From Anaerolineaceae bacterium (GTDB lineage Bacteria > Chloroflexota > Anaerolineae > Anaerolineales > E44-bin32): a stretch of 64,000 bases of DNA. The notes under the pieces were generated by a model. That model was not told the origin of the DNA. It searched no databases and saw only the letters and a list, made by a program, of their open reading frames with translations. Of the stretch, positions 30,898-40,074 are shown piece after piece. The position numbers were made by a program, and so were the translations under genes. The DNA lies in contig CP070708.1 of assembly GCA_020350285.1 (NCBI GenBank), positions 970,369 to 1,034,368 on the forward strand, given 5' to 3'. The first letter of the stretch is position 1. Every line of letters starts with the position of its first letter.

Positions 30898-31893
30898 TCA
30901 GGGAGGAGGAGCGGTCTCGCTTTGTGTTAGTAGTCCATTCACAAACGCTTCTGCATCAAATACAGACAGATCTTCAAGTGTCTCACCAAAACCAATGTAT
31001 TGGATGGGAATACCCAAGACGCTATTGATCGCAAATCCAACCCCACCTCTGGCAGAGCTATCGAGTTTCGCCACGATTACTCCAGTTACGTCTACGGCAT
31101 CTGTGAATGCCTGCGCTTGGGCTAATCCATTTTGGCCAGTTGTGGCGTCAAGCACAAGCAGCACTTGATGTGGCGCTCCTGAGATAACCTTTCCCGCCAC
31201 GCGGCATATCTTTTCCAACTCAGCCATCAGATTATGCTCGGTGTGCATCCGGCCAGACGTGTCCACTATAAGGACATCTGCATCGCGTGCTATCGTCGCC
31301 TGTGCTGCGTTATAAACCACCGCTCCAGGGTCACTTCCAGGCTGACCTGAGATCACTTCTACATCAAGCCGATCGCCCCAAATCTGTAACTGCTCAGTAG
31401 CGGCTGCCCGGTAAGTGTCTGCAGCAGCGAGGATAACTTTCTTTCCGGAACTCAACCACCGATAAGCAATACGAGCAGCGGTTGTGGTTTTTCCCGAGCC
31501 ATTCACCCCGACTAAAATAATCACCAACGGTCGTACATCTGGCTCAGGATCTGTAACCGTTTCTAGGTGTTCAAACAGCAGAGCTCGTAAGCGCTCGATA
31601 ACTTGATCCCCATGGGTCAATCCTTCCGCACGAGATATCTCTTTTAAATTCGTGATTAACCCTTGTACGATCTTGATGCCCAAATCGGCTTGGATGAGGG
31701 TCTCCTCAAGTCCCTCCCAAAAAGTGCTCGTAAGCTCGGTTGCTCCTACTAGCGATGCCAGACGGCCGAAGGCCGTCCGGCGAGTACGCGCCAAAGCTTG
31801 GCGCCATCGATTTTTCTCCACAATCGGATTATACCATCGGCCTTTTTCCCTAGAATCAGGGCAAGCGGGATGGGGGTGCAACACCTTCTCCAT
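30898..31893 (-). CDS. ftsY: signal recognition particle receptor FtsY
   Basis: NG domain with GVNGSGKTTT, DTSGR, and LDATTGQNG...AKLDSSARGG. The start is uncertain. ATG 31893 is listed. GTG 31821 sits 6 nt after TGGTATAAT. The 31989 start is rejected because it reads through the repeat. Confidence 0.88.
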   Translation of the reverse strand: MEKVLHPHPACPDSREKGRWYNPIVEKNRWRQALARTRRTAFGRLASLVGATELTSTFWEGLEETLIQADLGIKIVQGLITNLKEISRAEGLTHGDQVIERLRALLFEHLETVTDPEPDVRPLVIILVGVNGSGKTTTAARIAYRWLSSGKKVILAAADTYRAAATEQLQIWGDRLDVEVISGQPGSDPGAVVYNAAQATIARDADVLIVDTSGRMHTEHNLMAELEKICRVAGKVISGAPHQVLLVLDATTGQNGLAQAQAFTDAVDVTGVIVAKLDSSARGGVGFAINSVLGIPIQYIGFGETLEDLSVFDAEAFVNGLLTQSETAPPP

Positions 31894-31932
31894 TCTAGCC
31901 AGAGCGTAACCATCTAATAGGCTCAGGATAAG

Positions 31933-31958
31933 TAGGGGCGCACGACCGTGCGCCCCTA
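31933..31958. repeat. GC-rich palindromic intergenic repeat (family A)
   Basis: TAGGGGCGCAC-GACC-GTGCGCCCCTA lies downstream of the trmO stop (32008). Confidence 0.85.
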
Positions 31959-32007
31959 TAGTCCGATAAAAATGTCGGATTAATTTCAAGAGTTAAATAA
32001 GTGTGAA

Positions 32008-32508
32008 TCAGTCATCATGCTCATCTGGAGGCGAACCCGAAAAACGATCATCTGACCTGGTTGCTGCAACATCATCAAGCTTATCACTTAGCCATCCGAT
32101 ACTCACATCAGGTGGGCAGTCGAATCTCGGCACAAATGGTTTGATGTCCAACAAAGGTGTGCCATCGATAATGTCGACATTCGAGACATATAGCGTAAGC
32201 CCGTCGATCTTTTCCAATCTGAGAACAGATAATCCGATGGGATTTGGACGGCGAGGTGCTCGTGTGGCGAACAGTCCGTGAGACTCATCATCGAGAAAGG
32301 GTTTCACGGTAAGGTTGTAGCCTGTGGATAGATGGAAGTAGTAAAGCAGGATAATGTGTGAGAAGCCCTCAAGATCTCTAAGCCCTTCACCAAATTCTGG
32401 TTCTAAGACAACCTTACCACTGACACCCAGCGCGTTTACCGGTTGGATAGGCATGTCTTCTAGATCGGAAAATGGTGTATAGATTGTGCCAATTGCTTCG
32501 AGTCTCAT
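32008..32508 (-). CDS. trmO: tRNA (t6A37) methyltransferase TrmO / TsaA (YaeB) family
   Basis: IGTIYTPF...PIQP..., FSHIILLYYFH, RAPRRPNPIGLSVLRLEKIDG..L.V...D..DGTPLLDIKPFVP. Confidence 0.85.
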   Translation of the reverse strand: MRLEAIGTIYTPFSDLEDMPIQPVNALGVSGKVVLEPEFGEGLRDLEGFSHIILLYYFHLSTGYNLTVKPFLDDESHGLFATRAPRRPNPIGLSVLRLEKIDGLTLYVSNVDIIDGTPLLDIKPFVPRFDCPPDVSIGWLSDKLDDVAATRSDDRFSGSPPDEHDD

Positions 32509-32550
32509 GTCTTATTCTTTCTGTTGAAATTTGATATTTATAAGTGATAG

Positions 32551-32593
32551 CAAACGCCCAGCGAATTGGACACTAGATCACGCTGGGCGTTTG
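32551..32593 (-). terminator. 13-bp perfect hairpin just downstream of tRNA-Gln (terminator/processing signal)
   Basis: CAAACGCCCAGCG-N17-CGCTGGGCGTTTG abuts the tRNA 3' end. There is no clear U-tract on the minus strand. Confidence 0.4.
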
Positions 32594-32594
32594 T

Positions 32595-32668
32595 TGGCTG
32601 GGGGTCGAGGATTCGAACCTCGGCTTACGGATCCAGAGTCCGCTGTCCTACCACTAGACGAACCCCCA
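32595..32668 (-). tRNA. tRNA-Gln (anticodon CUG), CCA encoded
   Basis: Hand-folded 74-nt cloverleaf: TGGGGGT TC GTCT-AGTGGTA-GGAC A GCGGA-CTCTGGA-TCCGT AAGC CGAGG-TTCGAAT-CCTCG ACCCCCA G CCA. The anticodon loop CU-CUG-GA gives CUG. Confidence 0.9.
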
Positions 32669-32796
32669 ATCACTGGCGGCATTTTATCATAAAAAGAGTA
32701 TGTCTCGGGTCAAACAATGGGTTATGATGGATTTTCTGTTAATGCATATCCATATCGCGCTCATAATATTGTTCGAAAAGACCGTTAATGTAATTG

Positions 32797-34281
32797 TTAG
32801 GTTGCCCCTGTGTAACTTTCAAGTTTTTCGAGGGCGTGAGCGATTCTATTCAGAACTTCCTCCTTACCAATCACAACCATACTTTCAATCAGAGGGGTGC
32901 TGATACGCTGACCGGTGACGGCTATGCGTAATATTCCAAATAATTGCCCTGCCTTGAGACCCAAATCCTCGGCCAATGCTCTCAATGCTTCCTCAAGTGA
33001 TTCAACGTCCAGCGTCGTGAAGCTTTCGACGACCTCAGATGACCGTCGTATTGCTTCGATCGACTCGTCAATCGTCATTTTCTTGCCCACCAGTTCTGAG
33101 GGCTCAGGTTCGGGCGCTTCCCTAAAGAAAAAGCCTGCGATCTCAACCGCCTCCTCAAGAGTGCGGATGCGCTCTTGAACCAATGGAGTGATTTCCTGAA
33201 GTATCTCCTCATTAACGATAAGACCTTCCCGCTCAAAGTGGGGGCGTAATTGGTCAACCAATTCACTTGTCGTGAGTGATCGAATGTGGTTACCGTTGAA
33301 GTGATCAAGTTTCTTATAATCAACGGCCGCAGGGCTGGGGTGGAGTTTTTGTAATGAGAATTTCTCGATCAAATCCTCTAAGGTAAAAAACTCGGTATGA
33401 TCGTCGTAAGACCAACCCATCAACGCAATCCAGTTCAACAAGCCTTCTGGCAGATATCCCATTTGTTTTAGATCGAGCACATAGATCTCCCTAACGCCTG
33501 CATCACGCTTACTCATCTTGCCTTTTCCACTTGGATTGAGGAAGATTGATAGGTGAACCCAGATGGGCTGTTTCCAATTCAGAGCTTCGTAAATCAGGAC
33601 ATGAAGCGGGAAAGTTGGAAGCCATTCTGAACCTCTGAAGACATGCGTGATCTCCATCAAATAGTCGTCAACCATCGCGGCCAGGTGATAAACTGGGAGG
33701 CCATCTGACTTGAGCAGGATGTAGTCGTCAAGGCTTGAATTCTCTACCGTGATAGGGCCTCGTAAAAGATCCACAGCGGCTGTCGAACCCTCGCGAGGTG
33801 TCTTGAAGCGGATGACATAAGATTCTCCGTCCGCGATCCTGCCCCGTGCTTCCTCAATGTCAAGTTTTCGACAGAGTCCATCATACCGAGGGGGTTGTTT
33901 CAACTTCTGTTGTCGTTGTCGCACCTGTGAGAGTCTCTCAGGAGTACAGAAGCAATAGTATCCGTGACCGTGCGCTACTAGTTCCTCTGCGTGCTGCCGG
34001 TAAATATCAGTCCTCTCTGATTGTCGGTAAGGGCTATAGGGTCCTCCGATATCAGGGCCTTCATCCCAATCGAGTCCCAGCCAATGAAGGGACTCTATGA
34101 TTTCATCCTCCGCGCTTGGTACGAAGCGTTTGCGATCTGTGTCCTCAATACGCAGGATAAACTGGCCGCCTGTTTGACGGGCTAAGAGGAAGTCGTAGAG
34201 AGCTGTCCTGGCACCACCGATGTGAAATCGTCCCGTGGGGGAGGGGGCAAAGCGAACGCGCGCAGGTTGTGGGTCGAGCAT
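32797..34281 (-). CDS. gltX: glutamyl-tRNA synthetase
   Basis: RVRFAPSPTGRFHIGGARTALYDFLLAR (HIGH), IRIEDTD, and the KMSKR loop (GKGKMSKRD). Confidence 0.95.
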   Translation of the reverse strand: MLDPQPARVRFAPSPTGRFHIGGARTALYDFLLARQTGGQFILRIEDTDRKRFVPSAEDEIIESLHWLGLDWDEGPDIGGPYSPYRQSERTDIYRQHAEELVAHGHGYYCFCTPERLSQVRQRQQKLKQPPRYDGLCRKLDIEEARGRIADGESYVIRFKTPREGSTAAVDLLRGPITVENSSLDDYILLKSDGLPVYHLAAMVDDYLMEITHVFRGSEWLPTFPLHVLIYEALNWKQPIWVHLSIFLNPSGKGKMSKRDAGVREIYVLDLKQMGYLPEGLLNWIALMGWSYDDHTEFFTLEDLIEKFSLQKLHPSPAAVDYKKLDHFNGNHIRSLTTSELVDQLRPHFEREGLIVNEEILQEITPLVQERIRTLEEAVEIAGFFFREAPEPEPSELVGKKMTIDESIEAIRRSSEVVESFTTLDVESLEEALRALAEDLGLKAGQLFGILRIAVTGQRISTPLIESMVVIGKEEVLNRIAHALEKLESYTGAT

Positions 34282-34307
34282 GTTTGTACCTCGAATTTTT
34301 GGAGGGG

Positions 34308-35468
34308 TTATAGTTCGATCTGTTTATGGCGCAATATAACGCTCTCTACCAATCCGATCCCTAAGAGATTCGCGAGAAGCGAGGATCCCCCATAACTCAA
34401 GAAGGGCAGTGGAAGGCCGGAGACGGGGAAAAGATTTAGGTTCATCCCAATATTAAAGGCACCTTGGAAGAGAAGCAGGATGGCAACACCATAACATATC
34501 AGAGCGCCATACGTGTCGCGTGCCATACGGGCTCCCCTTAAACATCGGACAAGTACAAACATCAGCAGGAGCATGAAGAGCAGCGCTCCCAAGAATCCGA
34601 ATTCTTCGGATAGGACGGAGAAGATGAAATCAGTGTGACGGACTTTGAGAAATCGTAACTGCACCTGCGTTCCGTGCCCGTATCCCTTCCCGAACCAACC
34701 TCCCGATCCTATGGAGATGCGCGCCTGATTGATATTGTAGGTCTCACCATATTGAACCCCAGATTCGGGGAACAGGTAGGTGACCAACCGTTTAATTTGA
34801 TAATGACGAATAAAGAGAAAATTCTCTTCTTGAGGGTAGCCGACCTGGAAATAATGCACTAAGAATGGCGTCACGATCAGGACCACGATCAGGGCAATAC
34901 CGATTAGAACCGCAAGTCGACGCAACGGGACCCCAACTGCCCAAATCAGCGCCAGCCAGATCACGCCGAGGACGATCGCGGTACTTAAATCCGGTTGGAT
35001 GAAAACCAGGAAGGCTGGTAACCCGATGAGCAGCAGGCTTCGGATAACGATTTTGTATTGAGTAATCTCGTCTTTATGACGATCAAGATAATCTGCCAAG
35101 ACCAAGATCATCAAGATCTTTGCCAATTCGGATGGCTGGACGGTGGCAACCCCTACGTTGAACCAGCGAGCAGATCCGAAACCGGCAAATCCTGCGATTG
35201 GGATGAGTGCCAGGAAAGCGACGATAAAGATGTAAATCGGTCTTGAGAGTGAAGACCAAAACCGATAGTCAATCGCTGATGCTATGAGGACGACCGCTAA
35301 TCCGATCCCCGCATAGATCGTCTGTCGAGGCACTGCCTGCACAGTCTCAGCCAGGTATTCATTGCCTGCTATTGCTGAACGGATCATGGCAATGCCGGCG
35401 ATGGTAAGGACGGCCACCGCAGCAAGAAGCCAGATGTCAAAGTGACGCCAGATGCGCGTCGTTTGCAT
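34308..35468 (-). CDS. rodA: SEDS-family peptidoglycan polymerase RodA (FtsW/RodA/SpoVE)
   Basis: About 10 TM helices, QPSELAKI, GGSS at the C-terminal loop. Lies in an mre/min/mrdA context. Confidence 0.85.
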   Translation of the reverse strand: MQTTRIWRHFDIWLLAAVAVLTIAGIAMIRSAIAGNEYLAETVQAVPRQTIYAGIGLAVVLIASAIDYRFWSSLSRPIYIFIVAFLALIPIAGFAGFGSARWFNVGVATVQPSELAKILMILVLADYLDRHKDEITQYKIVIRSLLLIGLPAFLVFIQPDLSTAIVLGVIWLALIWAVGVPLRRLAVLIGIALIVVLIVTPFLVHYFQVGYPQEENFLFIRHYQIKRLVTYLFPESGVQYGETYNINQARISIGSGGWFGKGYGHGTQVQLRFLKVRHTDFIFSVLSEEFGFLGALLFMLLLMFVLVRCLRGARMARDTYGALICYGVAILLLFQGAFNIGMNLNLFPVSGLPLPFLSYGGSSLLANLLGIGLVESVILRHKQIEL

Positions 35469-35471
35469 CAG

Positions 35472-35741
35472 TTAGGTTGTCCTCCGCCTTGATCTTCGGG
35501 AAGCAAGTGGAATATCGGCTACTAAGCGCTGTTGATTCCTTTCTTTGGTCAGAGAGAGTTGCACAGAACCTCGATCGATCTCTACGTGACGAGATAGGGT
35601 ATCGATCATGTCTACCTTTAACGCTTCAAGTCGGCCGGGGGAAAGACCCGAGCGATCGTGAACCAAAACCGTTTGGAGGCGTTGTTTTGCGGTGTACGCG
35701 GTACCGCGGCGGCCTATGCGTAACCGTTCGAAGAAACTCAT
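35472..35741 (-). CDS. minE: cell division topological specificity factor MinE
   Basis: MSFFERL...TAKQRLQTVLVHDR. 4-nt overlap with minD. Confidence 0.85.
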   Translation of the reverse strand: MSFFERLRIGRRGTAYTAKQRLQTVLVHDRSGLSPGRLEALKVDMIDTLSRHVEIDRGSVQLSLTKERNQQRLVADIPLASRRSRRRTT

Positions 35742-36544
35742 CTTACGCCTCCTGCTCTCACGAGGCGGGAGATGCGTCCAAAGAAACCATCTCGTCCTTG
35801 AAGGGTTTCGAACGGCACCTCCTCGCCGTTTAATCGTCGGGCGATATTCCGATATGCTTTACCAGCTATGCTCTTTGAATCGAGGGAGGCTGCCATGCCT
35901 CGATTCGTCGAAATGAGGATCGTCTCATCTTCAGGGATGACGCCGATAAGATCGATCGCTAACACGTCAAGTATATCCTCGGTCGCTAGCATATCCCCCC
36001 GGCGAACCATCTCTGGCTTCACACGATTGAGGATAAGCTTCCCGGGGCCTTTCTCTTCGGCCTCAATAAGGCCGATGATCCGATCTGCGTCGCGCACTGC
36101 AGAAACTTCAGGGTTGGTAATGACAAGGACCACATCCGCAGGTGCAAGTGCGTTGCGGAAACCGCGCTCGATGCCAGCTGGAGAGTCGATCAAGATCCAG
36201 TCACACTCCTGCCGCAATTCGTCGGATATGCGAACCATGTCCTGGGGAGAGACGGCTGTCTTATCTCGCGTTTGGGCTGCTGGGATCAGGAACAGATCAT
36301 TAAGGTGTTTATCTCGGATCATGGCTTGACGGAGTTTACAGTGTCCCTCTACTACGTCAACCAGGTCGTATACGATCCGATTTTCTAACCCCATGACCAC
36401 GTCTAGATTCCGCAGACCAATATCCGCGTCGATACACACCACCCGGTAACCAAGATCTGCTAAGGATGCACCGAGATTAGCAGTGGCGGTGGTTTTGCCG
36501 ACCCCTCCCTTTCCAGAGGTTATCGTGATTATTTTGGCGCTCAT
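35738..36544 (-). CDS. minD: septum site-determining ATPase MinD
   Basis: Deviant Walker A SGKGGVGKTT, then IDADIGLRNLD and a C-terminal amphipathic helix. Confidence 0.95.
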   Translation of the reverse strand: MSAKIITITSGKGGVGKTTATANLGASLADLGYRVVCIDADIGLRNLDVVMGLENRIVYDLVDVVEGHCKLRQAMIRDKHLNDLFLIPAAQTRDKTAVSPQDMVRISDELRQECDWILIDSPAGIERGFRNALAPADVVLVITNPEVSAVRDADRIIGLIEAEEKGPGKLILNRVKPEMVRRGDMLATEDILDVLAIDLIGVIPEDETILISTNRGMAASLDSKSIAGKAYRNIARRLNGEEVPFETLQGRDGFFGRISRLVRAGGVR

Positions 36545-36569
36545 AAATGAACTCCGTTATCTTTCCTAC

Positions 36570-37253
36570 TCAACGGCGCCGTTTGTTTTGCCATTCCTCG
36601 GCCACCAATTGGCCCTCCCTGATTTGAGCCACTTCTGGCTTGGGTCGACCTCGTCGGGAGGGCGACACAGCGATTTGACCAGCGATCCGTAATTGTGTCG
36701 GCGATAAATCAAGAGCGTACACCTTTGAACTTTCATCACCCGCAGCGCCAGCGTGTACCATACCTCGCAATCGACCCCACACCATAACATTTCCCCCAGC
36801 GATGACCTCCGCTCCAGGATTGATATCACCGAGGATGACCACGTGTCCAGGGTGACGTATGCTATTTCCTGAACGAAGGGTTTTTTCTATTAAAACAGCT
36901 TCATCTCCATAGAGTACGGTTTCGAAAGGGACATCCTCATCGGCTCCTGAAGTTGATTTAGTGAGATACTGAGCCAAACCCAAGTCCGCAGCCGCAGTTT
37001 TTGTGACCTCTGAAGTGGAGAGTACTGCCCAGAGGTTCACTTCGCGCTCTGATAATGCGTCCCTCAGGCTTCCAAGTTCAGCCGCTCCAAGCGTTCGCTG
37101 CTCGAGCTGTAAGGCGAGACGTGCACCCCGGAAGAAATCGGTTTGTTCATCTATCAATTCTAAAAACGCAGGACGAGCCTCATCCCAATTACCTTCAGGA
37201 ATGGAAACCAACAACCCATCTTGGATACCTTTTATACTCAGCGAAGCCTTCAT
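36570..37253 (-). CDS. minC: septum site-determining protein MinC
   Basis: C-terminal beta-helix signature GHVVILGDINPGAEVIAGGNVMVWGRLRGMVHAGAAGD...QLRIAG. The start at Met49 of the long ORF is supported by TGCTATAAT (37272-37280) and an AGGTG RBS inside the longer reading frame. Confidence 0.8.
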   Translation of the reverse strand: MKASLSIKGIQDGLLVSIPEGNWDEARPAFLELIDEQTDFFRGARLALQLEQRTLGAAELGSLRDALSEREVNLWAVLSTSEVTKTAAADLGLAQYLTKSTSGADEDVPFETVLYGDEAVLIEKTLRSGNSIRHPGHVVILGDINPGAEVIAGGNVMVWGRLRGMVHAGAAGDESSKVYALDLSPTQLRIAGQIAVSPSRRGRPKPEVAQIREGQLVAEEWQNKRRR

Positions 37254-37271
37254 TCGAACACCTGATCTGGG

Positions 37272-37280
37272 ATTATAGCA
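37272..37280 (-). promoter_or_regulatory. extended -10 promoter element (TGCTATAAT) for minCDE-rodA
   Basis: The minus strand reads TGCTATAAT, 18 nt upstream of ATG 37253. Confidence 0.45.
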
Positions 37281-37559
37281 CGCTACCGGTTCTCGGGCGA
37301 CCCATGACATCCAGTGTATGTATGCATCGAAAAAAACAGCTGGGACGGGTATATACGGGGTGTAAACACCGTCTATCCCCCCACATTTACTGGTCATCCT
37401 CTCTGGGTAGACCTATATTTGGACGCTTGTAGACCGTCAAACGGTAACTAGTCCGGTGCATAGCTGGTTTCCATGATCGAGTTGGGATTTGGGACGGGTT
37501 AACAGTGAGGTTTCATAGAGTAAGGAGATATTTTCGTATAAAATCCACCTTCACCCTGG

Positions 37560-37582
37560 CCCTCTCCCTAAAAGGAAGAGGG
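37560..37582. repeat. CCCTCTCC-type hairpin repeat (family C)
   Basis: CCCTCTCCC-TAAAA-GGAAGAGGG (one mismatch). Confidence 0.6.
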
Positions 37583-37658
37583 AGAAAGAACCAGTCGGGC
37601 TTCGGCCTGAGCTCAGCCGAATAACGTGGGAGCCCAACCTACTTTTGGAGGACACAAT

Positions 37659-37681
37659 CCCTCTCCCCAAAGGGGAGAGGG
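37659..37681. repeat. CCCTCTCC-type hairpin repeat (family C)
   Basis: CCCTCTCCCC-AAA-GGGGAGAGGG is a perfect 10-bp stem, 99 bp from its sister copy. Confidence 0.7.
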
Positions 37682-37750
37682 CGAGAGGAGCTTGAGAGCA
37701 CCTTATCCTGGGCTATTTACATGGAGCGCGGCGAAGTCTTATAACGGTGA

Positions 37751-37823
37751 GTAGGGGCAATTCATGCCGTCTCGCACCGGCGTGCCGCCGGTTCTCGCGG
37801 CACGAACGGTGAATTGCCCCTGC
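37751..37823. repeat. family B palindromic repeat carrying a 45-nt structured insertion in its loop
   Basis: The arms GTAGGGGCAATTCA / TGAATTGCCCCTGC match the 23675 copy. The insert at 37765-37809 contains its own GTGCCGC...GCGGCAC hairpin. Confidence 0.7.
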
Positions 37824-37980
37824 ATCGTCGTATAGGATTGACACTCAAGACACACCAAGCTCAGCATGACGTTCTCATGCATGAAGCAGAAAACGCCCTG
37901 AGTCTGCTTTGATCTGAGCTTGTGGAAGGATCGAAGGGCGCTTTCGCTTTCACCACAAAATATGGAGCTTAGAACTGAAT

Positions 37981-40074
37981 CTAATCCGTCCTGGCCACAT
38001 CGATGGCTTTTAATGAGAAGTAAGCCTCCAACACCTGGCGTACGATCGGTCCTGAGGTTACAGCCCCTTCACCGCCGTTATAAACAAAGGCCGCTACGAC
38101 GATTTCAGGATTTTCAAATGGCGCATAAGCGATGTACCACGAGTGTGTTGGCCACTCGCCCGGTATGCACAATCCTTTCTCACGAGCCACCTCATCACAA
38201 AACTCACCCGTTCCGGTTTTTCCAGCTGAGGATATGGTCTCAAGATCACCGTAGGTATGGGCAGTTCCTTCGGTTGTGACGAGATGCATACCCTGTTGTA
38301 CTTGGTCGATCACCCAAGGCTCAACCAGAACATCCGGTGTGCCAAAGTCTTGCCGAGCGGATTGGATGGTCTCCAGGGTTTCTTCTGGAAGGGTTGGGCA
38401 ATTAGCGCCGATCGATTCTAGGGGTGTGAGAATACCATCAGCGATGTCCCACAGGACGCATGGTTCATAACGTTGGATCACATTACCCTCACCATCCAAG
38501 ATCTCCTGAACTAGGTGAGGCCACATGACCTTCCCCCCATTCGCGAGAGTGGCGATTGAGGTCATAACCTGAAGTGGAGTAGCGAGCACAAATCCCTGGC
38601 CGGTGACGGCATTATAGGTATCACCATCGGACCAGTTTTCACCCAAGTTGATGCGTTTCCAATATGGGCTGGGGATTAACCCATCCTCCTCACCGGGCAA
38701 ATCGATACCCAACGGAGCACCATAACCTAAGGAGGGGGCGTAGAGGTTGATCCCCTCGACACCCAATCCTTCATCGATCTCGCCAGGATACCCGCCTCCA
38801 ATTTTGTAGAAGTAAACATTACATGAGTATGCGATACCATGCACAAAATCGACCCAACCGTGCCCTTCTTCCTCCCAGCATACAAAATCCTTGGCTTTTC
38901 CTTGATCCTTAGGGAAGTAGCGATTTTCGATGGTGATCTTACCTGGGTCGTGGATTTTCCGATCAGGTGTAATTACACCCTCGTTCAATGCTCCCACTGC
39001 GGTGACCATCTTGAAGGTTGAGCCTGGAGGCCACTCGCCGGCGATTGCGTGGTTGATTAAAGGTTTCCCTCGTTCATCAGCCTCGAGCTGAAGATAATAG
39101 TCCTCAGGGATAAAGCGGGCCAGTCTATTGTTCTCGTAAGTTGGCCAACTGATCATCGCTAAGATCTCGCCCGTCTGGGGGTTCATGGCGATAACCACAC
39201 CGATGGGTGTTCGTTCCTCACCAGCATATCGGTTGATGAACTCCATTCGATTGATCAGGGCAGTTTCTGCCGCCGATTGGAGACGAGTGTCGATTGTCAG
39301 GCGGAGGCTGTACCCAGGTATTGGTTGTGTGACGATGCCAACTTCACGTAGTTGTTGCCCAGCGACATCTCGCTCTACTTCTTTTTGGCCGTTTTGGCCT
39401 GCCAAGATCTCCTGATACCAGTATTCGATCCCGTCATATCCGATCTTGTCCCTATCTGCTACAAAGCCCAATCCCTCGTAATAATCCTTCAGCGAAGCCG
39501 GGATAGGCCCCAGGTAACCGATCAAGGCCGATGTCAGCTCGCCTGTGGTGTAATCCCGTATCGGTACTGCCTCAACAGTTACGCCTGGTAGGTCTACCTG
39601 TTCCTCTCGAAGAATGCGAGCGATTCTCTCGTCAACATCACAGGCGATATGCCAGGCGTCATATGGGCTGATGTTTGTGCCTTCCGTGACCAATTGGAGG
39701 ATGCCTCGACCCGGCACGCAGGGGGCAGCAGGTGGGCCATCCTGATCAATGGGAATTCCGGTAAGCTCAGATAAACGGCGGTAAATGGCTTCGGTTTCAG
39801 CCTCGCTATCCGGTAGTAGGGCAGGGGTGATCATCACATTAAATGAGGGGACGTTCCTCACCAATTGGAAACCATTACGGTCATAGATGATTCCACGTGG
39901 AGCAGGGATGCTAACAGTGATGAAGCGATTTTGGTCAGCGAGGTCTTGATAATAAGCACCCTCGATAATCTGCAGCATGAAGAGACGGCCTACAAAGAAG
40001 ACGAGGAGGAATGCCATTACAGCGTAGGTCAACCTTAATCGGAAATGGGGAATGTTCGTATTCCCACGGAGCAT
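37981..40074 (-). CDS. mrdA: penicillin-binding protein 2 (elongasome transpeptidase)
   Basis: N-terminal anchor and PBP dimerisation domain. Transpeptidase motifs STFK (PPGSTFKMV), SCN (AYSCNVYF) and KTGT (GKTGTGEF). Confidence 0.9.
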   Translation of the reverse strand: MLRGNTNIPHFRLRLTYAVMAFLLVFFVGRLFMLQIIEGAYYQDLADQNRFITVSIPAPRGIIYDRNGFQLVRNVPSFNVMITPALLPDSEAETEAIYRRLSELTGIPIDQDGPPAAPCVPGRGILQLVTEGTNISPYDAWHIACDVDERIARILREEQVDLPGVTVEAVPIRDYTTGELTSALIGYLGPIPASLKDYYEGLGFVADRDKIGYDGIEYWYQEILAGQNGQKEVERDVAGQQLREVGIVTQPIPGYSLRLTIDTRLQSAAETALINRMEFINRYAGEERTPIGVVIAMNPQTGEILAMISWPTYENNRLARFIPEDYYLQLEADERGKPLINHAIAGEWPPGSTFKMVTAVGALNEGVITPDRKIHDPGKITIENRYFPKDQGKAKDFVCWEEEGHGWVDFVHGIAYSCNVYFYKIGGGYPGEIDEGLGVEGINLYAPSLGYGAPLGIDLPGEEDGLIPSPYWKRINLGENWSDGDTYNAVTGQGFVLATPLQVMTSIATLANGGKVMWPHLVQEILDGEGNVIQRYEPCVLWDIADGILTPLESIGANCPTLPEETLETIQSARQDFGTPDVLVEPWVIDQVQQGMHLVTTEGTAHTYGDLETISSAGKTGTGEFCDEVAREKGLCIPGEWPTHSWYIAYAPFENPEIVVAAFVYNGGEGAVTSGPIVRQVLEAYFSLKAIDVARTD

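Noticed and set aside
31894-31989. N-terminal extension of the FtsY ORF (start at 31989)
   Set aside because: It reads through the family A repeat at 31933-31958 (…IGAHGRAPLL…). Shorter starts (31893 or 31821) are more plausible.
37254-37397. N-terminal 48-codon extension of the MinC ORF
   Set aside because: It contains the TGCTATAAT promoter and the AGGTG RBS that serve ATG 37253. The extension shows no similarity to MinC N-termini.
37545-37830. Clustered hairpin repeats as a possible CRISPR array
   Set aside because: The repeats belong to different families, are irregularly spaced, are individually palindromic, and also occur singly elsewhere. No cas genes are present. This is not a CRISPR array.
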